From: a virus | Lineage: Duplodnaviria > Caudoviricetes | IMG/VR virus record: IMGVR_UViG_3300010051_000019 | Span: 1,090 to 65,089 of that record | Length of the DNA stretch: 64,000 bases | Reading direction: 5' to 3' (one strand) | Part shown: piece by piece, positions 1-8,437 of the stretch | Position numbering within the stretch: the first letter of the stretch is position 1 | Layout: every line of letters begins with the position of its first letter | Notes under the pieces: model-generated | Seen by the model: the letters and a program-made list of their open reading frames with translations, nothing else | What the model was told of the DNA's origin: nothing | The model's database searches: none | Position numbers and translations under genes: made by a program

Positions 1-419
1 ATTTAACAGGCTGTAACAATCTCGTGTTACAAGCTATAGAAAGCAAATAGAAAGATAATAGAAGCATACTAGAATTTAGCAGTAGAAAATGACGGGTAGA
101 TGATCGAAACAGAAACTTTTATTATATATCTATATAGTCATAAACATATAACAAAAAATTTTCTTTTATAATGACGCTAATCGCGCCGTGTATCTGCATG
201 CCTTAGTAGTGAGAGTATATCCGAGTTGAAGAAAGGACACTCTGTGTAGTGTATCCAAGTGCCGTTGATGTACTTCTATATCTAACTCCGGGGTATCAGG
301 TTAGTGAAGTATTGGGAGGGGGGACGGGTTCAGAAATTTTAGGTCATCGCTATATCATGTATACTTGTATTTTTACGAGCACGGCCTTCCCGTCGTACAC
401 GAAAATAAATTCAAAAATA

Positions 420-503
420 ATCTACCCGTTATCTACCCGTTATCTACCCGTTATCTACCCGTTATCTACCCGTTATCTACCCGTTATCTACCCGTTATCT
501 ACC
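420..503. repeat. 11-bp tandem repeat (ATCTACCCGTT) x7.6
   Basis: Seven perfect units from 420 to 496 plus a 7-nt partial, read directly. Confidence 0.97.
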
Positions 504-665
504 TGCTAGTAAATGCTATTATCTGCTAAATTAGCACTTACAGTCCCTCCCGCCATCTACTAGAACTCCCCTCATATACCCTCCAAGCTCCCCTCATATA
601 AACCACTACCCCTCCCAACCACACTGTGCTACACTAATATCCGATTAATTCTCCAAAACTGTATA

Positions 666-699
666 TACCCAGGATACATCTCTAAGATTATCCTGGGTA
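666..699. repeat. Perfect 11-bp inverted repeat (TACCCAGGATA / TATCCTGGGTA) upstream of ORF 736
   Basis: Arms 666-676 and 689-699, 12-nt spacer. Hairpin or operator; function unknown. Confidence 0.8.
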
Positions 700-735
700 C
701 TGTACGGTAATTATCACTTCCCCCTCCACCATATC

Positions 736-1365
736 TTGTGGTACACTTCCTGCATGACATCTACATATAGTAAAGAATTAATCGAATATGAAGAGCAGAT
801 AGCGGATGCTGAACTGTCTGATATCAACCATCAGCTAGCTCTTTTGTCCTCTAAAAATGCTCTAACAACCTTACAGAAAACATCTTCAATAGATTTTGAC
901 CCAACTAAAGATGTAGCTATTACGGATAGTTTGCTGCATGTAGCTCTAGCAAAGTTCCATGAGATATCTGGTATAGATATTGCTAGGGAGCTGGAAGATG
1001 AGCGTAGGGATGTGCTACTTGAAATAGGTGGGGAGGAGTTACCAGCTAAGCTAGGTAAAACTAGATCTGCTATAGTGGAGAGGATGTTTGCTGAGAAGGC
1101 TTTATCAGGAACGCTGAAGACCTATGCTGATATGATAACTAGACTCCTTAAAGAGAAGAGGATGCTTGCAGGGCATGCTTATGGGAGTCAAGCTCAGCAG
1201 TCTGCTAATGTGCCTCGTCTGATTCAAGTGAGAAAATCAATGATGAAGCTGGAAGGTCCTGGATCAAGAGGTAATAATCTAACTATACCAGTTAATGAAT
1301 TGAATCCTCAGAAGGCGCTACCAGCTACCAGCTCTGTCCCCGTCGGTACATATCCCAAAGGTTAG
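736..1365 (+). CDS. Hypothetical helical protein, possibly terminase small subunit
   Basis: 209-aa ORF (ATG at 754 may be the real start), adjacent to terL and to the terminal noncoding region. TerS call is positional only. Confidence 0.45.
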   Translation: MWYTSCMTSTYSKELIEYEEQIADAELSDINHQLALLSSKNALTTLQKTSSIDFDPTKDVAITDSLLHVALAKFHEISGIDIARELEDERRDVLLEIGGEELPAKLGKTRSAIVERMFAEKALSGTLKTYADMITRLLKEKRMLAGHAYGSQAQQSANVPRLIQVRKSMMKLEGPGSRGNNLTIPVNELNPQKALPATSSVPVGTYPKG

Positions 1366-3313
1366 AGAAATCTCTTACAGCATCATCTGGATCTTCTCTG
1401 TTAAAGAAGTCTCGTGGAGCTAAATACGATTCTAGTGAGGACTGTGGACCTGCTTGGACGAATATAGAGTCCAAGCTTCTAACCCCCATCATAACATCCT
1501 CTTCTTCATTATTAAACCCTAGTTTATGATCTTGGGTAGCTACTTTTACTATTCCTTTTTCTCTAAGTAGATCTATTATGAATAGTACGCATTCTGCTCT
1601 ATCTGGGGAGTATCCAAAGCGTTTACGAAAAGATTTTTTATCGAGTATCTTTATTTTCTGCCCGACTTTTTCTGCTGGCATGTCAATGAGCTGCTGGATG
1701 ATGGAATCATCTACACCCTTAATCTGCCCTGTGCTTATCATTTGCTGGAGAGCTATCCATAACTCCGTCTGCTTGTTAACGCAGACATCACTAGCTTTAA
1801 GACTTTCTGCTAAATCTATGGGCCTATCAGAGGGTTTTCCATTGAGCATTACTTTATGAATGTCGCGACTAAGAAACGTGGTGAAGATATCCCCAAGTCC
1901 TATACCTATTACGTTGGCATCCATTATGAAGTTCTGATAGGGGACGCGCCATTTTACCAACAATTCCCTAACCCAAGTCATCATTTGAAATGATGCTTCT
2001 TCTGCGCTATCAGGATCTATTCTAAAGCTGAAGTTGGTTTCTTCCCCTAAAAAATCTACTACCAATAAGCCTCTACTATCTAAACCTGTCTCAGATATCT
2101 TTAGGAAAGCTTCATCTCTCCCTGAGTATGCTGGATCAAAGGATGCCCATCTGCTTCTCCCCTGCCCTGTAAAAGCTGCCTTCTCACTAATCCTATGCTT
2201 TTGGCAGAGAAGGATGGTTATGGGGTTATAGGGAAGTGATTCATGGTCATAGACCCCTCGGATCTGCTGTTTAAAGAGTAAGCTGGTAGTGCCTCCTAGC
2301 TCCGAGGCTTTACGTTCTATGTATTCTTCTGTTGGGAGCCATGTACTTATCTTAAATCGCTCAGGCTCCTTTATACGGGGGCTATTGTAGGGATCAAAAT
2401 GGTAACTACGTCCACCAAACTTATTCTTCCAGCTAGAATCTACCCCCCATGTAAGGCTGCCCCAGCCATGCATAGGCTCAGAGAAGTGGTACAATGCATC
2501 GAGTGCTCCAGATGAAGCATCTTCTATTTCAGGGTTTCCGGTAAGAACTACACAATAGTGCTTGTTCGTGATCCAGTTAGCTCGTGCTCTTTCCAGATGC
2601 AGTTTATTTAAGTGGTTCGATTCTTCTATTATAACCATTAATTCATCAGGGTGAAGTCCTTTCAAGTCAGCAGTAGCTTGGGCAGAGGACCCTCGTTTAA
2701 TGGTTTGCGATATTATACCTACCCCTGGGATAGGACGTAGCAGGGATTTTCCGGGCCTGTGCGGATCTTCTATAGTAGTATAGATGGTTAGTTTGGGGCC
2801 TTCTCCTCCTCCCATCGAGAGCTTACCAGGCATCCAGGGAAAGTCGTTACAAGCATCAATTACATACTTCCAGGCACGATCTGATTGAGTCTTTTGGGTA
2901 GTATTTATTATCATTACCCCCCGTTTGGTGGGAGCACAAGCCTGCCATATCCGAGCAAATAACGTACCTAATATATAACTTTTCCCTATACCACCCCCTC
3001 CCAGCATGGTATAAGTACCTGAACCACCTGTTAGTATCTCTAGCTGCATATCGAGCCAGTGATGCCATTCTGTTTGTAGATGAGGGTAGAGTAGTTGGAG
3101 GAGAGCTTTGTAGTGCCCGAACTCCCCTAGTCCACCATCTGCTATACTCAGTCTGTTACCAGCGCACCACATTTCGATTTGTGCGTCGGAGGTGGTGTAG
3201 GGGAACTCCATGCCGTATGCTATACGTACTGGTGTTCCATCATCTTTCTTGATTACGGGGAATTTGTTATAGTTATATAATTCGGATTCTTTAGCTACTC
3301 TTAGTGACGACAT
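1325..3313 (-). CDS. terL: Terminase large subunit
   Basis: Walker A GGGGIGKS, Walker B-like VIIEES, LTGNP coupling motif, RNase H-like nuclease motifs SFDPAYSGRD, MDANVIG, SPDRAE; next to portal. Confidence 0.9.
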   Translation of the reverse strand: MSSLRVAKESELYNYNKFPVIKKDDGTPVRIAYGMEFPYTTSDAQIEMWCAGNRLSIADGGLGEFGHYKALLQLLYPHLQTEWHHWLDMQLEILTGGSGTYTMLGGGGIGKSYILGTLFARIWQACAPTKRGVMIINTTQKTQSDRAWKYVIDACNDFPWMPGKLSMGGGEGPKLTIYTTIEDPHRPGKSLLRPIPGVGIISQTIKRGSSAQATADLKGLHPDELMVIIEESNHLNKLHLERARANWITNKHYCVVLTGNPEIEDASSGALDALYHFSEPMHGWGSLTWGVDSSWKNKFGGRSYHFDPYNSPRIKEPERFKISTWLPTEEYIERKASELGGTTSLLFKQQIRGVYDHESLPYNPITILLCQKHRISEKAAFTGQGRSRWASFDPAYSGRDEAFLKISETGLDSRGLLVVDFLGEETNFSFRIDPDSAEEASFQMMTWVRELLVKWRVPYQNFIMDANVIGIGLGDIFTTFLSRDIHKVMLNGKPSDRPIDLAESLKASDVCVNKQTELWIALQQMISTGQIKGVDDSIIQQLIDMPAEKVGQKIKILDKKSFRKRFGYSPDRAECVLFIIDLLREKGIVKVATQDHKLGFNNEEEDVMMGVRSLDSIFVQAGPQSSLESYLAPRDFFNREDPDDAVRDFSNLWDMYRRGQSW

Positions 3314-3318
3314 AAATC

Positions 3319-4011
3319 ATGATACTATATGAATTAGATAATGAAGAGTTGTTTCCACCGGAGTATTTAGGTTTTATAGACCCTGATGATTACTATTCGT
3401 ACACGGGTATTATAACATCTTCTGGAGAGATGAGGCAATATGAATCGTTAGACGAGCTTGTAAGACATGTAGATGAGCGTCGTTCTACAGCTTCTCTCCC
3501 TCCTCTTCCGAATACTCGTTCAACTATCCTTCACTATCTATACATTTTAGGGGAAGCTCCTAAACATTATTTTTCTAAAGTAGCTCATCCTGATAGAACT
3601 CTCTTAGCTGACATTCAGAAGGGGGCTAATATTGCTTTATCTCTTTCAAAAGCAGCTATGTCAGGAGCTTTTACTGCTGGATCTCGCGGCTGGGTAACTA
3701 AATCTGAGGCTGAATATAGGGCTAATATCTGTGCAGCGTGCCCTAAAAACGTGGATTTAAAGAAGTCTGTTACTACTAGAATGAATAATAAGATAGCAGG
3801 GCTGTTTACTACTCATAGATCTACATCAAATGATTCTAAACTGCATGATTGTGAGGTTTGTGGTTGTCCTCTTACAGTTAAGGTGCATTATGCTAATAAC
3901 ATAATCAAGGAAAATACGGATCAATCAGCCGATAAATTCCCAGCTTCTATTAAATTAAAGTCAGGTGCTAAAACAATGTGTTGGGTAAGGGAGATATTAC
4001 GGGATGAGTAG
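3319..4011 (+). CDS. Zn-finger-type protein preceding portal
   Basis: CAACPKN, CEVCGCPL-x-VKVH and a C-terminal CW; overlaps the portal start. Confidence 0.75.
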   Translation: MILYELDNEELFPPEYLGFIDPDDYYSYTGIITSSGEMRQYESLDELVRHVDERRSTASLPPLPNTRSTILHYLYILGEAPKHYFSKVAHPDRTLLADIQKGANIALSLSKAAMSGAFTAGSRGWVTKSEAEYRANICAACPKNVDLKKSVTTRMNNKIAGLFTTHRSTSNDSKLHDCEVCGCPLTVKVHYANNIIKENTDQSADKFPASIKLKSGAKTMCWVREILRDE

Positions 4012-6532
4012 TCAGTATACGGTAGAAACAGAGACTAATGGTAATGCTAAAGAAGCTGAATTTAAGATAGAGTCTAATTCTTTTGACGATCCTCATCATG
4101 CTAGACACTTGTACACAACTATTTCAGAAGAGTATGAGCAGCGTATTTTGCCGATGTACAATCACATTACTAAGGCTAAATCCCAGATGCCTCCTTATTG
4201 GGATGATAAAAAGAATGCCCCATCTAAAATGCCTCTTTACCAGCACAATGTTTCTAGTGGTAGGTACTCTCAAACTATAGCGCAACTTGCGTTACCGTAT
4301 AATTCTTTTTTTCCTAATCAATCTTATTCTAAATCCTTAATCGAAGTTAAGCTTCAGAATTATCCATACACTACAGCTTCTCCAGACCCTGCTGAATCAT
4401 CGCAAGCTCAAGCTGGAGCTGCTGATGCTTTTGATAAGCAGAAAAAGATCGAACAAGCTTTTGATAACCTAATTAAAAATTCTTCATGGGCTATTAGGGA
4501 GCACCTAAAGATGACATCTGACTTCGTTCACTACGGGGTGGGGATGTATTATTTTGAAAATCCTAAATCCTCTTACAAGTACACTGCTCTTGACTGGAGG
4601 AAAGTTAAGTTCCCATCAGGAACTAAGACTGAGGTAAATGACTGGGAATATGTTTTTATTGAGCATGAGATGCCGGTTAATAACTTAATTAATAAGTACC
4701 ATGAATCGTCTCGTGACTGGGATAAAGATGCTATAAAGGAGCTTCTTACTTCTATCTATAATTCATCTAACCCTGTTACTAATGCTATGCCTGAAAGTGG
4801 TTCATCAGTAGCTAGACTTGATGAGATTAGAGGGGGTGTAGGCTCCAATTCTCAGTATAAATCTGCTGCCGCTACTATCAATGTAGTCTCTTGTTTTTAT
4901 AAAGATGTAGATAAGCAGATAAGTTGTTGTATGTTTGTTCCATCCTCAACTACTTCTTACACTGATCTTTATCTATATAAGAAAAAGGCGTTAGCTAAAT
5001 CTTTCTCTGCTATTTTTTCTGTCTTTGTTTCTGATCCTACTGAGCATGAGATTAGACTTGTTAAGGGCTGGGGGAATAAGGCGTACAATTTATGCCATGC
5101 GTATGACAGGGTGTTCTGTAGATTCTTAGATCATATTGATTATGCAGCTAGTTTGTTCCTTAATATGGACCCTGCTGATATGCATAAGAAGATAATTAAC
5201 TTTGGTTCTCTTAATGTAGGTAAGTTTGATAGTATCCAAAACGTACCTTCAGCTCTTAGATCCATTATCGAGGCACTTCTTTTCATAGATTCTAAGATTG
5301 ATTCCCTTACATTTACCCGTGGGCTTAATAAAAATGAACTTCATGGTGGCGAAACTCCGTCAGGAGAGCTTGCTAATATCATGTTAATGGTAGAAGGCAG
5401 GGTCCATAAGCACCTCTTAGCTAGGTTCCTAGAGCAATATACGGATCATTGGGTAAAAGTTTTAAGTAAACTCCTACTTATTTCCAATAAAGATTCCTTT
5501 TTAGCTCTTAATGAAGAGGTAAAAGTTAGATTTAGGGATTATTTACTAGCTAATAATCTTACTGAAGAGGACCTTAAACTGGATGATACCTCTGAAGCTA
5601 ACAGTAATCTTCCTTCAAATTGGCTTGTAGTGAGTAGAAAACCGGATGGATCTGGTATTACAGGTACAGTTCCACACGTATTACGGGCTTTACAGCCCTA
5701 TCTTTCCTCTCTTCCTGAAGATGGATTCAAGTATATCTTGGGTAGACTTATTACAGATGCCTTTGGGGATGCAGAGATTTTGGAGAAAATCCTTCCTGGA
5801 TCTGATTTACAGAAGACTTCTTCTGAAATTGATACTCAAAATGCCCAAGTCCAGGCAGCTATTCTCACCAACAATAGATCTGAGTTTGATAGAGACTTTG
5901 ATATTGTGGAGGATATTGATCCTCAGATGACGGATGCCCATAAGTTCGTTACCTTCCCAGCTTCCCGCGATAATGACCACCTCATCTACGCTTCAGTGTT
6001 CTTGGGTAAGATAGAGGAAGCTATGCAGCGCATGACTAAGAAAGAGATTGGTAGAACTACCTTACATATCTGGATGTATAATTTAATTTCTAGTACCCAA
6101 GCTCATATTGAACTATTGCGTTCAGATCAAATTCGAGGTAATAGACCTGAAGCACAAGCTATCTACGAGCAGTTTGGACAGATGTTTAACACACTCCGTC
6201 AAGTAGAGGCCCAGGCTAATGCGGATAGGGCTAAGAAGATAGATGCTCTTCAGACTAAGATGGCGCAGGAAGCTCAGGATGATCCGAAGAGATTGGAAGC
6301 TATGGCGAAACTTGAGATAGCTAGAGCGAAGCAAGCTGAGGTGCAGTTAAAGTTTGATACAAATAATTTTGGTAAGATGGTAGAGACTCAGAAAAATAGA
6401 AGGGCTGAAGAAAATCATGTGATTGACCAGCGCCTAAAGATTAAGGCTCTACTTACTCCAGATGTAAACCCTTCTAAGCAAGGTGGATCAGGTAGACCAA
6501 GAGCTAATGACCAGATGGGAGGATTAGAATGA
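4004..6532 (+). CDS. Portal protein
   Basis: 842 aa between terminase and scaffold; N-terminal DDP..AR.LY...PPY and central D..HYGVG pattern as in podovirus-type portals; Q/A-rich helical C-terminal barrel. Confidence 0.8.
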   Translation: MSSQYTVETETNGNAKEAEFKIESNSFDDPHHARHLYTTISEEYEQRILPMYNHITKAKSQMPPYWDDKKNAPSKMPLYQHNVSSGRYSQTIAQLALPYNSFFPNQSYSKSLIEVKLQNYPYTTASPDPAESSQAQAGAADAFDKQKKIEQAFDNLIKNSSWAIREHLKMTSDFVHYGVGMYYFENPKSSYKYTALDWRKVKFPSGTKTEVNDWEYVFIEHEMPVNNLINKYHESSRDWDKDAIKELLTSIYNSSNPVTNAMPESGSSVARLDEIRGGVGSNSQYKSAAATINVVSCFYKDVDKQISCCMFVPSSTTSYTDLYLYKKKALAKSFSAIFSVFVSDPTEHEIRLVKGWGNKAYNLCHAYDRVFCRFLDHIDYAASLFLNMDPADMHKKIINFGSLNVGKFDSIQNVPSALRSIIEALLFIDSKIDSLTFTRGLNKNELHGGETPSGELANIMLMVEGRVHKHLLARFLEQYTDHWVKVLSKLLLISNKDSFLALNEEVKVRFRDYLLANNLTEEDLKLDDTSEANSNLPSNWLVVSRKPDGSGITGTVPHVLRALQPYLSSLPEDGFKYILGRLITDAFGDAEILEKILPGSDLQKTSSEIDTQNAQVQAAILTNNRSEFDRDFDIVEDIDPQMTDAHKFVTFPASRDNDHLIYASVFLGKIEEAMQRMTKKEIGRTTLHIWMYNLISSTQAHIELLRSDQIRGNRPEAQAIYEQFGQMFNTLRQVEAQANADRAKKIDALQTKMAQEAQDDPKRLEAMAKLEIARAKQAEVQLKFDTNNFGKMVETQKNRRAEENHVIDQRLKIKALLTPDVNPSKQGGSGRPRANDQMGGLE

Positions 6533-6765
6533 GCGAACTACTAGACCTTGCCAATAATCTTAAAGGCAATGAATCTGTAATAAAAAGTTTAGAGACGTTA
6601 AGAGATTATTCTTTTTTCACTTATCTCTATAATTCTTTACTAGAGAGCTTGTTTGACACCGATCTACCAGATAAAATTAATAAGAGTGATGTTATTTACG
6701 GGGCTAGTTTGTTTATAAAAGCTATAAACGATGCTCCTACAGCACTTGCTAAACCAAAAGAGTAG
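6529..6765 (+). CDS. Hypothetical protein
   Basis: 78 aa, ATGA overlap with portal stop, GGAGG RBS. Confidence 0.7.
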   Translation: MSELLDLANNLKGNESVIKSLETLRDYSFFTYLYNSLLESLFDTDLPDKINKSDVIYGASLFIKAINDAPTALAKPKE

Positions 6766-6774
6766 GAGAGAAAA

Positions 6775-8031
6775 ATGGCAGACGATATGTTTGGTTCAGA
6801 AGAATCCGTAGACGATATACCTGAAAGTGAAGGATTGTTTGAACCGGAGAGTGATTCCCTCGATAACATTGTGTCTAATTTCTTTGTTGATGATACTAAT
6901 ACTAACCCTTCTGATACTGCTCCTTCGACTCCTACTACCCCTAAATCAGATCTTGATTCCATTATTGGTGATCCTGTACTTAATGATATTAGAAGTCTTG
7001 AGGAAGAGTTAGACGAGGCTAAGTTAGAAGGAAAAACTCCTGAATCAATTCGTTCCTTCGAGGGCTTGAAGTCTCGCTATAAAAATAAGGTAGCTGAGAT
7101 TAGGGCTAAGGTAGAGCAGCTTGAAAAGGAAAAAGCAGAAGCTTCTGAAAAAATTTCTAAACTCCCGGAAGTTCAAGCAAAGCTAAATCACTATGAACAG
7201 CTTACTGCTAAGACTAAGAGGATGGAAGAGGAGCTGGAACAGGCTAAAAAAGAAGCTCGTGAAAATTCTTACTTTAGAAAGAAGTATGATTTTGAGAATG
7301 ATCCAGAAATAAAGAAAGCCTTCATTAACCCTATGCAGGAGTTGAAGAAGAGATGTTCTGACATTATAACTAATGTGGGATTGGATGAGGGGGTATGGCG
7401 GGACCTTCTACAAGCTGACTCTGAATTTAAGATTAACCATATAATTGATTCAGCGGATATTTCTGGACTTAATGCTCAGTCCCTTAAAAACTACGTGTAT
7501 CAGTATAAGGAGCTTGCTAGGGAATATACCAGGGCTAGTGCTCCTGAATATATTGATTCAGCTATCGAAGCTGCTGTAGGTAAGAATAAAAGGGTATCTG
7601 AGGAGATAGCGGAAAGATCCTTTAACGATATAAAGGATGCTTTCTCTAAGCACGTAAGAGAAATAGAATATAGCGATCTCAATAAAGAGCATAATTTATT
7701 TGTTCACGATAAGGTAGTTGAGAAGGCTAAAGCTACTTTTAATGTATTTAAACAAGCCTTATCACCTGAATACCAAAACCAGCAAGCACTATCTTCAGTG
7801 GCTCAGGCTGCTATTATGGCAAGTGCTTACCCGTTCCAGAAAAAAGTAGTCGATTTTCTGATGGAAGAAAGAACCAAGTTATTAAAAGAGCTATCCAGTA
7901 TGTCTTCAGGACCAAGCTTAAAGCAGTCTTCTGAATCGTACACTAATGGTAATTCTTTGGATGATATGTCGTTCTTTAAAAACACAGCAGATAAATCACT
8001 AGATGAAATCACAGAAGAATTATTCCGGTAA
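6775..8031 (+). CDS. Capsid scaffolding protein
   Basis: Acidic disordered N-terminus, long coiled coil, position between portal and capsid, AGGAG RBS. Confidence 0.7.
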   Translation: MADDMFGSEESVDDIPESEGLFEPESDSLDNIVSNFFVDDTNTNPSDTAPSTPTTPKSDLDSIIGDPVLNDIRSLEEELDEAKLEGKTPESIRSFEGLKSRYKNKVAEIRAKVEQLEKEKAEASEKISKLPEVQAKLNHYEQLTAKTKRMEEELEQAKKEARENSYFRKKYDFENDPEIKKAFINPMQELKKRCSDIITNVGLDEGVWRDLLQADSEFKINHIIDSADISGLNAQSLKNYVYQYKELAREYTRASAPEYIDSAIEAAVGKNKRVSEEIAERSFNDIKDAFSKHVREIEYSDLNKEHNLFVHDKVVEKAKATFNVFKQALSPEYQNQQALSSVAQAAIMASAYPFQKKVVDFLMEERTKLLKELSSMSSGPSLKQSSESYTNGNSLDDMSFFKNTADKSLDEITEELFR

Positions 8032-8332
8032 AATAAGATCTATTGATGGAGAACGACGGCTTGCCAAAGCCGTCATTTATCGTGCCCTTAGAGATGTCAT
8101 TAATTATTATAACGGGGTATGCTCTTCTGAAAACCAACTAAATATTTGGGACATCAAAAGAGTAATTTATTGGTTTTATAATGATAAAGAAACCATAGGT
8201 AGTTTTATATTCTGGTGTGATGCCGCTACCTACTCTCTTCCAGAACGCACTCGCCTAATCCAAAAATGCAGAAAAGAAATTAATCAGTATCGTTTTTTAC
8301 TTGACACTAGTAGTACTGATACCTTAATGTGA
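8003..8332 (+). CDS. Conserved phage hypothetical protein
   Basis: L.KAVI.RALRD...WF.....SF.FWCD pattern that I recognise from phage hypothetical proteins. Confidence 0.6.
   Translation: MKSQKNYSGKIRSIDGERRLAKAVIYRALRDVINYYNGVCSSENQLNIWDIKRVIYWFYNDKETIGSFIFWCDAATYSLPERTRLIQKCRKEINQYRFLLDTSSTDTLM
8301..8328 (+). promoter_or_regulatory. Sigma70-like promoter for the capsid operon
   Basis: Perfect TTGACA at 8301-8306, 16-nt spacer, CTTAAT (4/6 match) at 8323-8328, ~110 nt before the MCP start. Confidence 0.5.
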
Positions 8333-8437
8333 TAGTACCCTAGTCCATAGGGGTATAAATGGACAACGCCTCAGTCGGGCTTACAGATATAATGAAATTT
8401 TAATTGTTATATTTTTATTGCTCTGGAGGCGATTCCT

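Noticed and set aside
249-509. 86-aa ORF
   Set aside because: Its C-terminal half is the translated 11-bp tandem repeat (IYPLSTRYLPV); no RBS.
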